In this document: positions 48,011 to 55,994 of the stretch, one piece after another
Layout of the letters: the number at the start of each line of letters is the position of its first letter
Position numbering within the stretch: the stretch's first letter is position 1
Assembly (NCBI GenBank): GCA_002435825.1
Contig: DIVL01000028.1
Span: forward strand, 4,985-68,984
Direction: 5' to 3'
DNA from: Anaerolineaceae bacterium UBA6133
GTDB lineage: Bacteria; Chloroflexota; Anaerolineae; Anaerolineales; Anaerolineaceae
Length of the DNA stretch: 64,000 nucleotides
The notes under the pieces: generated by a model
Told to the model about the DNA's origin: nothing
Seen by the model: the letters and a program-made list of their open reading frames with translations, nothing else
Databases searched by the model: none
Program-made: the position numbers and the translations under genes

Positions 48011-49006
48011 CTACCTCTGGGTTTCGAGTTCAATCTTCCCGATTTTCATTTTCTCAAAGAGCAACGGGCTTAGGCAGGCAATCCAAATCCCAATCAAAAA
48101 ATAGCGAAAATAGCGCAAAACCGCGCTGATCAGCCCTGGGTCATCCGGAAAGAGCGAGCCCAGCCCCACGTATAAGGCGATCACGCCGGCAATGCCAACC
48201 AGGTAGCGGGCAATGCGCTGCCATGTGCCGAAATTGCTCTGGATCACACCCCGGCGCGCCCTCAGCCAGGCAAATCCACCCAGCATGCCAAACCACAGCC
48301 CGCCATTTGTAAGGGCACCCTCGAGCGAAAGCGGGTCTACTTCTCCGGCGCGTGCAGCCCAATCCGCCGGCATCTGCCAGTCACTTGAAAGCGCGATAAC
48401 CATCGCCGAGAGCCCGATAATGAACAGCGAGCTGAAAAACGCCAGCAAGAGTTGGTTTTTCAGGCTCTGCTTATTCAGCCATGCCCCGAGCGGTTTTTGC
48501 AGTTTGTTGAATGCCAACAGCAGCAAGAGCCCCAACAGCAGCCCCAGCAGCACATCGCTCAGAAAGTGCACCCCCAAAACCAGGCGCGAAACGGCGATTA
48601 GCAGCACCATCACGCTCGCCGCCCAAATTGCTTTGCGGTTCTTGGTCTCGAGCGCGCTCTGACCCCAGACAGATGTGGAATTCATGGCGTGTCCGGAAGG
48701 GATGCCAAAAGAAGACTCGTGCACTCCCGGGACGATCTTGTCGCTGATCCAATAGGGGCGGGGTCCCTTCAGCAGCACTTTGAAAAAGCCATTGAATGAG
48801 GCACTGGCGAGCAGCATCACCCCAATGCGCAAACCAGCCCAGGCATCCACGCACCAGTAAATGGTGGGCATGAAAAGGATGTAGAAGATTTGATCTCCAA
48901 GTATCGTGATAACGCCCATGATGCTCTGCAGCGCAGGACCGAGAGACTGCAAAAACAGATTGACAGCTAATTCGGCTTGATTAATAACATCCATATAAGA
49001 CTCCAA
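48011..49006 (-). CDS. PAP2-family membrane phosphatase
   Basis: KGPRPYW, PSGH and SRLVLGVHFLSDV (KxxxxxxRP / PSGH / SRxxxxxHxxxD). Confidence 0.88.
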   Translation of the reverse strand: MESYMDVINQAELAVNLFLQSLGPALQSIMGVITILGDQIFYILFMPTIYWCVDAWAGLRIGVMLLASASFNGFFKVLLKGPRPYWISDKIVPGVHESSFGIPSGHAMNSTSVWGQSALETKNRKAIWAASVMVLLIAVSRLVLGVHFLSDVLLGLLLGLLLLLAFNKLQKPLGAWLNKQSLKNQLLLAFFSSLFIIGLSAMVIALSSDWQMPADWAARAGEVDPLSLEGALTNGGLWFGMLGGFAWLRARRGVIQSNFGTWQRIARYLVGIAGVIALYVGLGSLFPDDPGLISAVLRYFRYFLIGIWIACLSPLLFEKMKIGKIELETQR

Positions 49007-49078
49007 TAATATTCACCCTCTGATAAACCCCAAATGCCGTGCCAGGCTACAGAGTGGGGTAGGGCAAGATAAAAAAAG

Positions 49079-49546
49079 TTAGATCCTGACGAATGGTACC
49101 CAGAGCTCCATCTTATAATCAGGGGCACTCATGTCGCCTATGAGATAGTATTCGTGGTCTGGAGTACCAGCATGCACGAGACCATTAGAAGGAAAGTACT
49201 CCCTCATCGCGAATTCCCAGCCCTGGTGGATGTTCTCAGGAACATGTCCGGTCAGCTCGACGATGGCGTATTCAGCCTCCGGCACTTCCACCACCTCCAA
49301 CCCCAAAGCGCGGGCTTTTTCGGGTAAGCGAACGTCATAACCGGCTATGTAACTGAATTTGTGAGGATCTGAGCTGTAGTTGAAGCAAGTGCCAAAGGCA
49401 TCGCCACTGCCAAGCGCTGCCAGCTTCTCGTAGGGTACCTGTTCAAAAAGTTTTTCCCAAAGTCCGGGAAAATCATCATTCTGGGAGTGAACAGTCACCA
49501 AACCGGCAATCTTGAAGGCTTTTTTGGTTTCAAAGCGAACATTCAT
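49079..49546 (-). CDS. GyrI-like small-molecule-binding domain protein
   Basis: 155 aa with the pattern typical of the effector-binding domain (KAFKIAGL...WEKLF...YEYY...ELWVP). Confidence 0.7.
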   Translation of the reverse strand: MNVRFETKKAFKIAGLVTVHSQNDDFPGLWEKLFEQVPYEKLAALGSGDAFGTCFNYSSDPHKFSYIAGYDVRLPEKARALGLEVVEVPEAEYAIVELTGHVPENIHQGWEFAMREYFPSNGLVHAGTPDHEYYLIGDMSAPDYKMELWVPFVRI

Positions 49547-49577
49547 GAAGTTTTCCTTTCTGAATTTGCAGAGCGGT

Positions 49578-49599
49578 TAAAAAAGAGCCCGAAGGCTCT
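49578..49599 (-). terminator. Rho-independent terminator after the SWIM-finger gene
   Basis: agagcc-cgaa-ggctct tetraloop hairpin followed by a U-run on the minus strand. Confidence 0.7.
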
Positions 49600-49618
49600 T
49601 TATCCTCCAAGGAGGAAA

Positions 49619-49867
49619 TCAAACTAATTGTTCGGATGGCTCAACCATCCCCTCGAGGACTATTTCCATTCCCATGGTGTGCGCGCACACGCCGCGCCCT
49701 TGGAAGTAATTGCAAGTGCAATTCCACTTGCCATGGTCATAAGTAACGATATGGTCGTTGTTTTCCCCACGGAATTTGGCTTCAAATGTGTTGATAGTGA
49801 TGCGATCTTTTTCTTCTGCGTAACGTTTTGCTTTTTCGACTTTACCGATCAAACCGCTGTCCATCAT
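49619..49867 (-). CDS. Small SWIM zinc-finger protein
   Basis: 82 aa with CTCNYFQGRGVCAHTMG, matching CxCx(n)CxH. Confidence 0.65.
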   Translation of the reverse strand: MMDSGLIGKVEKAKRYAEEKDRITINTFEAKFRGENNDHIVTYDHGKWNCTCNYFQGRGVCAHTMGMEIVLEGMVEPSEQLV

Positions 49868-50150
49868 ATTTTTGCTGCTCCGTTTCAGTTATTTTTAAAT
49901 AAAAACACGCGCCGTAAAACTCCGGCGTGTGCTTCTGTCCACAACACAAGTATAGTACTGATCATCGTATCAGGCTAACTCCTGCATACATACATTATAG
50001 CCGGTGAGAGTCGTTTTTGCAATTCGAAAACGCGCTGCTATTGCAAGTATTTCGATATTAATGCCCAAATTTGGCAGTAGTTTGGGCTTCGGCGGACGGT
50101 CCATAAGGTATACTTCTATCATTCAATATTGCTTTCATTCAGGAGGAGCT

Positions 50151-51350
50151 ATGAAAAAGAGCGGCCTAAAAAAACGTGTTAATCTCCCAGCTTTGGTGCT
50201 TCTAACTTTGATGCCTGTAGGTTTGACCGCCTGCAGCCAAACCACCACACAAGCCAATTCGAGCGGACGGTGGGTGTCGATCGTGATGGGCATTTTGCTC
50301 CTGCTGGCTTACCTGGGATTGGTGATTTACCTTTGGCGCGTTGGCAAGCTGAGCACCTGGTTTGCTGCCGGCAGCGCCGCCGCCCGCCTCAAAGTTCAGG
50401 GCGTGCGCCTCAAGGGCGAACTGAAAGGGCTTGAACGCGATAAAAGCGATCTGCTGGACGAACTTGGCGAGAAAGCCTGGGCAGCCAGGGTCAGCGACCC
50501 AGCTTACGAGGGCGCATACAATCAGCTGCTGACGGTCCAGGGGCAGATCGACGGCGCGACGGATCATCGCCGTTCGCTCGAAGAGAAGAAAGTGGAGCTG
50601 GCTGAGCAGCGTAAGGACGTGGTGGAGCGTTTTTATCAGCAGATTGAGGCCTTGAAAAACCAACAAGCCGGCGTGGACCGCGACCTGAGCGAAGCGAAAA
50701 ATCGCGTGCGGGTACTCGAAGCAGATCTGGATGCAGCCGCGCAGGAAAAGAGCCGCTTCCAGCGCGACGTGAAAGACACCCGCGGACGCATCATCGAAAT
50801 GGAGCGCTCGGACGACCCCGACAAAGTGGAGCGGCTCGTTGAACTGAACAGCCGCCTGAGCAGCCTGACCACTTCTCTGCTGGATGCCACTAACGCCGAG
50901 CCGGAACTGGCAGCGCAGCTTCCCGCTCTGCAAAACCAGGCATTGGCACTGAGCACTCAGTTAAATGAACTGCAGGGTCAGATCCAGGCTTTGGAAGGTG
51001 ACCTGAAAAGTGAGCTGCTTCCCCTGGACGACCAACTTGAAGCCCTCGAAAAGCAGATCAAAACCAAGACCAGCGAGATCAAGACCTTTGGAGAGCAGTT
51101 AACTCCGATGGCAAAGGCTCTGGGCGCGCAGGTTGAAAAAGCCCGACCGCTTTCACCCGAGCTGACGGAGCTCTATCAAAAACTGGATATGATCCTCAGT
51201 ACGGTCGATTTCAAAGCGCAAGCCAAAGAGGACGTCTCGAGTAACCTCGGCACCGTCGATAAAACCGCTTCGCTCAATTTTTACATCTTGCTGCTGATCG
51301 GCGTCCTCATCATCGTCCTGGCGATCCTGCTCCTGACCGGAGTGATTTGA
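50151..51350 (+). CDS. Membrane-anchored long coiled-coil protein
   Basis: ATG behind AGGAGG. N-terminal signal with lipobox-like LTAC, a TM helix, a heptad-rich Q/E/L region of about 290 aa, and a C-terminal TM helix. Confidence 0.6.
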   Translation: MKKSGLKKRVNLPALVLLTLMPVGLTACSQTTTQANSSGRWVSIVMGILLLLAYLGLVIYLWRVGKLSTWFAAGSAAARLKVQGVRLKGELKGLERDKSDLLDELGEKAWAARVSDPAYEGAYNQLLTVQGQIDGATDHRRSLEEKKVELAEQRKDVVERFYQQIEALKNQQAGVDRDLSEAKNRVRVLEADLDAAAQEKSRFQRDVKDTRGRIIEMERSDDPDKVERLVELNSRLSSLTTSLLDATNAEPELAAQLPALQNQALALSTQLNELQGQIQALEGDLKSELLPLDDQLEALEKQIKTKTSEIKTFGEQLTPMAKALGAQVEKARPLSPELTELYQKLDMILSTVDFKAQAKEDVSSNLGTVDKTASLNFYILLLIGVLIIVLAILLLTGVI

Positions 51351-51387
51351 TCCCAGGGTCAACTTTCCCCCGAATTCCCACACCTGT

Positions 51388-53838
51388 TTGAAGGAGCATA
51401 TTACCTTGCCTAAACACACCCAAAACACCACTCAGATCCTTGAACAACTGACACTCGAAGAGAAAGCCTGGTTGATCTCAGGCGGAGGGGATTTTTGGCA
51501 CACGCGTGCCATCCCGAGGCTGGGCATTCCAGCGCTGACGCTGCACGACGGCCCCCACGGCTTGCGAAAAACGGTTCCAAAGGCGGGTCAAGCCGCTCTG
51601 GAGGGGAGCTATCCCGCCACCAGCTACCCCAGCCTGTCGGCGGTGGCCTGTTCGTTTGATCGGGAGCTGGTGTTTGCGCTTGGTCAGGCGCTTGGCGCGG
51701 AAGCCAAAGCCGCTGAGGTGGACGTCTTGCTGGCACCGGGCGTGAACATCAAGCGCCATCCCCTCAACGGGCGCAACTTTGAGTACTTTTCGGAAGACCC
51801 CCTGGTGGCAGGCGAGCTGGCAAGCGCTTATATCAGCGGCGTCCAGAACCAGGGCACGGCAGTCAGCCTGAAACATTTCGCCGCCAACAACCAGGAATTC
51901 TGCCGGATGATCAACAGCTCGGTTGTCGATGAGTGCGCCCTGCGCGAGATCTACCTGAAGCCTTTTGAGATCGTCATCCGCAAGGCTCAGCCCTGGACCG
52001 TGATGAGTTCCTACAACAAACTTAATGGCACCTACACCAGCGAGTATGAAATCCTTTTGACCAGTATCGCGCGGGAGGAGTGGGGTTTTGAAGGCTTATT
52101 CATGACTGATTGGGGCGGCATGAACGACCGCGCCAGCGCCATCCCCGCCGGCACGGACCTGGAAATGCCCCCGGTTGGTCAGTATGGCGTGGATCGCATC
52201 CTCGAGGGAGTGAAGTCAGGGAGGATTGCTAAGAGCGACCTGAACCGGGCGGTTGGCAAACTGCTGGAATTGATAGAGAAAGTGCGTCAAGTGCGCGAAC
52301 CTGCCAGAACCTGGCAGGCAGCAGATTTTGAGGCTGTCGCCAGGAAAGTCGCGCTCGAATCAGCGGTTCTGTTGAAAAACGAACAGGATCTTCTGCCGCT
52401 TCAGTCGGGAATAAACGTGGCGGTGATTGGCGCGATGGCCGAAAAGCCGCACTACCAGGGCGCGGGCAGCAGCCGTGTGAACCCACGCCGGATGGTGTCT
52501 TTAATGGATGCCCTGCGCGAAGAGCAGCAGGATTGGTCTTATGCCCAAGGCTACGAATTGAGCGGGAAGGACAACGCGCAGCTTGAACAGGAAGCGCTGG
52601 ATCTCTGCCAGGGGAAGGACGCCGTACTGTTCTTTGCCGGCTTGCGCGATGTTGAAGAAGCCGAAAGCTACGACCGCCTGCACCTCGAACTTTCCGCGGC
52701 ACAAAACGCCCTGATCGAGCGGATCGCCTCCGAAAACCCGAATGTGGTCGTGGTGCTGCATGCCGGCTCGCCGGTGCGTTTACCCTGGCTCGGCAAAGTC
52801 AAAGCCGTGCTGCTGATGGGGCTTGGTGGGCAGATGGTGGGCGCAGCCGCGCTCGACCTACTGCTGGGGCGCGCCAACCCCTGCGGCAAGCTGGCAGAAA
52901 CCTGGCCGCTGGCATTGGAAGACACGCCGGCATTTGCTCAGTTTGGCAAGCGCTTCAACACCCAGTATCGCGAGAGCGTCTTTGTCGGCTATCGCTTCTA
53001 CCAGACCTTTGCCAAACCGGTTAGTTTTCCGTTTGGATTTGGCTTGTCTTATACCAGCTTCAGTATTGACAACCTTGAAACCAGCCAAACTAGCCTGGAG
53101 CCCGGCGAAACGCTGGAAGTAAGCGTGAGGGTCAGCAACACCGGCTCACGGGCGGGCAAAGAAGTCCTGCAGTTATACGTCTCGCCGCCCGCGTCCGCCA
53201 TTTTCCGTCCCCAAAAAGAATTGAAAGCTTTTGCGAAAGTGGAGCTCGCGCCTGGCGAGAGCCAGACGGTCCTCTTCAGGCTGCAGCATGCCGACTTCGC
53301 GGTTTGGAATACGCTTGTTCACACCTGGCACTGCGAGGCGGGCGAATACCGCCTAATGGTGGGCACATCCGCCGCTGACACCCCGCTTGAGGCGAGGGTG
53401 GTGCTGGAGAGCGACCAGCCTGGCGTGAGCGTGCCGGATTACACCCATTCTGCGCCTGGCTATTACGCTTATAACACTGGCGCTCTAAACACTTCGGCTG
53501 CGGCTTTTGAAGCCATTTACGGCAGTCCGCTGCCGCTTGACCCGCAGGGGGAGCCCAGGGTGTATGACCTCAACTCCTCGCTCTGGGATGCGCGCAATCG
53601 CGTCAGGGGTAAGCTGCTCGCGGCGGTCCTTGGCAGGGCTGGCCGCAAGCGGGCGTCAGAAGAGGGGGAATACCAGGAAGTCAATGACCGCATCGTGCAG
53701 GCTTCGATTCTGAATGCCCCCTTGCGCTCATATGCTGTCGGTGGCTCACCGATGCGAGTCCCCGAAGCCATCGCCCTGTTCCTGAACGGCAAGGTCTTCC
53801 GCGCCATCCGGAAGCTGTTAGAGAAAGACAAGGCGTAG
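51388..53838 (+). CDS. GH3 beta-glucosidase with C-terminal Fn3-like domain
   Basis: LTLEEKAWLISG, GPHGLR, KHFAANNQE, nucleophile block FMTDWGG, and the Fn3-like region EVLQLYVSPP. The start may instead be the TTG at 51406, behind AAGGAG. Confidence 0.9.
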   Translation: MKEHITLPKHTQNTTQILEQLTLEEKAWLISGGGDFWHTRAIPRLGIPALTLHDGPHGLRKTVPKAGQAALEGSYPATSYPSLSAVACSFDRELVFALGQALGAEAKAAEVDVLLAPGVNIKRHPLNGRNFEYFSEDPLVAGELASAYISGVQNQGTAVSLKHFAANNQEFCRMINSSVVDECALREIYLKPFEIVIRKAQPWTVMSSYNKLNGTYTSEYEILLTSIAREEWGFEGLFMTDWGGMNDRASAIPAGTDLEMPPVGQYGVDRILEGVKSGRIAKSDLNRAVGKLLELIEKVRQVREPARTWQAADFEAVARKVALESAVLLKNEQDLLPLQSGINVAVIGAMAEKPHYQGAGSSRVNPRRMVSLMDALREEQQDWSYAQGYELSGKDNAQLEQEALDLCQGKDAVLFFAGLRDVEEAESYDRLHLELSAAQNALIERIASENPNVVVVLHAGSPVRLPWLGKVKAVLLMGLGGQMVGAAALDLLLGRANPCGKLAETWPLALEDTPAFAQFGKRFNTQYRESVFVGYRFYQTFAKPVSFPFGFGLSYTSFSIDNLETSQTSLEPGETLEVSVRVSNTGSRAGKEVLQLYVSPPASAIFRPQKELKAFAKVELAPGESQTVLFRLQHADFAVWNTLVHTWHCEAGEYRLMVGTSAADTPLEARVVLESDQPGVSVPDYTHSAPGYYAYNTGALNTSAAAFEAIYGSPLPLDPQGEPRVYDLNSSLWDARNRVRGKLLAAVLGRAGRKRASEEGEYQEVNDRIVQASILNAPLRSYAVGGSPMRVPEAIALFLNGKVFRAIRKLLEKDKA

Positions 53839-53865
53839 AACGCTCTAAAAGAAAACTGGTCAAGG

Positions 53866-54050
53866 TAGAGGTACCCCCCCGTGGTTACCCATTTTGGTCG
53901 AGGCAGGCCGTCGACCCTACGAGGCTAATTTTATCCACGGTTGCCATAGGGAAAAGGACTGCCTTTTCCACAACTTCTTGGTTGACGCATCCCACAAGGG
54001 GAGGTTTCACACTGCGTCGCCTCTACTGCTCCTTACGGCAAGATTTTCAA
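53866..54050. repeat. gtagg-type composite palindromic repeats at the left edge of the low-GC segment
   Basis: cccccgtggttaccc...ggtcgaggcaggccgtcgaccctac, ggaaaaggactgccttttcc and gcatcccacaaggggaggtttcacactgcg modules, shared with 5185-5600 and 58640-59030. Confidence 0.7.
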
Positions 54051-54308
54051 GGCAATCTGAAGATGTTTGAGAGATAAGGCGGCCTAACCGTTATTTTGTA
54101 ATCCAGGATTGATACACAAAAATAATTGTGTATCAATTCGACCTAAAAATGATATACAAATCACAAGAAATCAATCAAACCCATGAAAGCGATTATGTCG
54201 GGCTTGCCAGTCTATGCAAGCGTGAGTGGAGAAAAACTCACTATTTCAATCTTCAGGTTTGTAAACCGCTGATGTAAAAGGCTATAAGGTGTTAAGAGAT
54301 TTAAGGTC

Positions 54309-54725
54309 CTAAGAACCAAGAACCTTTTTCAGTGCCTTTAACTGGTTCCCGAATGACAGACCTTCAAACGGTATTTTGTAATTACGCATATATGGAAGTA
54401 GAAATTCCCGATATTTATTGCCAGCAAGAATGATGAATTCATCTTGCTTGAGATCAGCATATTTGCGAAGCTCAGAAATCACTCCAGAAGCCCAGGCTCG
54501 CCTTTCTTGAACTGGCATCTGATTCAAAGTTTTTTCATAAGGGGCAATTCTGTCATTAAGCTTCAATAACCCATATTTTGCAGAGAGAATGAATATGTAA
54601 TCGGGTTTTAGCTTCCTGGCATAAGCAAGGTTTTTCACGAATAAATCACTGATGTATAGATCTTCCGCTTTTGCAAGGTGATCTAATTTGGTTTTGACAC
54701 AAGAAATCAATACTATCCGTTTCAT
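54309..54725 (-). CDS. DUF6884-like protein of unknown function
   Basis: 138 aa. The blocks RIVLISCVKTK, AEDLYISDLF and FILSAKYGLLKLNDRIAPYEKTL match my recollection of the DUF6884 pattern. The ATG overlaps the upstream stop (ATGA). AT-rich codon usage. Confidence 0.6.
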   Translation of the reverse strand: MKRIVLISCVKTKLDHLAKAEDLYISDLFVKNLAYARKLKPDYIFILSAKYGLLKLNDRIAPYEKTLNQMPVQERRAWASGVISELRKYADLKQDEFIILAGNKYREFLLPYMRNYKIPFEGLSFGNQLKALKKVLGS

Positions 54726-55471
54726 AAACCCACCCTTTCACAACAGGTATTCAAAGGACATGAGGTACATTCAGGATTGGTTGGGTGGCACCAATTCCTT
54801 CCAATTGACCAAAGAGGGCCATCGATCGCACCAGGATATGCAGGGCTGAGTTGTCGGGCGGCGATTATTGCTTCCGTTTCATTGATGGCAGGAGAAACGC
54901 CGAGACGGTAAAGAACACGCATGGTGTGGACATCGGGTTTGATATCCACGTTTGCATAATCAAGATCTGAGAATGTGAGATGATAAAGGCCTTCAATTAA
55001 AACAAGGCTCATATTGGCAATGCCGCTTCCGACGCCAAACACAGATAACAATGTTCGCTTTACATCAGTAGCACGGCGGTTTTTCCAGATGTTTTCAGCA
55101 TTACCTTCGAACTTCTCTACAACGATCTTGCATATTTCTTGAAATGTACGGGGAGCCGCGTTGGTATAGCGAGGCTTCTGAGGTAATTCGTCGAATAGAG
55201 ATGCTATTTTATCCGGGCTTAATGTGTAGAAACGCGAAGGATTGTAGTGGCCCACCTGTTGATAGAGCCAATAAGGAATAGTCCAGATGATCTCTGCTTT
55301 TGTGCCTCTATCCAGGCAGCAGGCAGAGATAAAAGCAAAACTGTTATCGTGGATGAGTTGAACTGCTTCAGGGGTTTTCGCAGGGGTTAATTCTTCCTGA
55401 TCAAAGACGGCTTTATATTGCATCAAGGCATTTAGAATAGGCTGGTAATGAGGCATAATATCCTGTTCCAA
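54722..55471 (-). CDS. HhH-GPD superfamily DNA glycosylase with Endo III-type [4Fe-4S] cluster loop
   Basis: HhH FGVGSGIANM, Asp block IKPDVHTMRVLYRLG (compare VDTHIFRV), and C-terminal CHPTNPECTSCPLNTCC, which fits C-X6-C-X2-C-X5-C. The start is TTG 55471 or, more likely, ATG 55456. Confidence 0.8.
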   Translation of the reverse strand: MEQDIMPHYQPILNALMQYKAVFDQEELTPAKTPEAVQLIHDNSFAFISACCLDRGTKAEIIWTIPYWLYQQVGHYNPSRFYTLSPDKIASLFDELPQKPRYTNAAPRTFQEICKIVVEKFEGNAENIWKNRRATDVKRTLLSVFGVGSGIANMSLVLIEGLYHLTFSDLDYANVDIKPDVHTMRVLYRLGVSPAINETEAIIAARQLSPAYPGAIDGPLWSIGRNWCHPTNPECTSCPLNTCCERVGL

Positions 55472-55484
55472 TCATCAATAAAAA

Positions 55485-55973
55485 CTATTTCAGTTTTTCT
55501 TCAATAAGATCCCACCGATTGAAATATGCAGAAATATCCCAATAATAGGGAGATTTGCGGGGAGGTAACAATAACCCACGAACACTATTATCATTATGGG
55601 GTTTGCCATTTCTCCCCGGCCTCTTTAGCCAATCTCTATGCTTCTGGGTGACATTTTCGGCCATCGCACGATTGGGAATGATGTAGTATTCGAAACTTTT
55701 ACCAGTGTAGGGAAGTGGAATTCCACCAAGAACCCAGAAGAAGTTCTCCCCAAAATATTTCTCTGCTTTTTTACCTACGCTACAGGTTCGAATGCCTGGA
55801 ACATAAGTCTTTACTTGAATATGTACAAATTTAGTGCCATCATTATTCGAACAAAGGATGTCTGTATTTGGTGTATTACCCAATGTCACAACAGCCGAGT
55901 AACCTCTTCGGCACAATTCACCTGCAACAAAAAACTGACTAGCATTTCCTCGTGAAGATTTATCAACGCCCAT
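55485..55973 (-). CDS. Small PD-(D/E)xK-like (Hjc/DUF4365-style) nuclease-fold protein
   Basis: 162 aa. GNASQFFVAGELCRRGYSAVVTLGNTPNTDILC...FVHIQVKT fits the E...D...(E/Q)xK layout of archaeal-resolvase-like nucleases. The RBS GAGAGGA lies upstream of the ATG. Confidence 0.55.
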   Translation of the reverse strand: MGVDKSSRGNASQFFVAGELCRRGYSAVVTLGNTPNTDILCSNNDGTKFVHIQVKTYVPGIRTCSVGKKAEKYFGENFFWVLGGIPLPYTGKSFEYYIIPNRAMAENVTQKHRDWLKRPGRNGKPHNDNSVRGLLLPPRKSPYYWDISAYFNRWDLIEEKLK

Positions 55974-55994
55974 ACTAATATATCCTCTCTAAAG

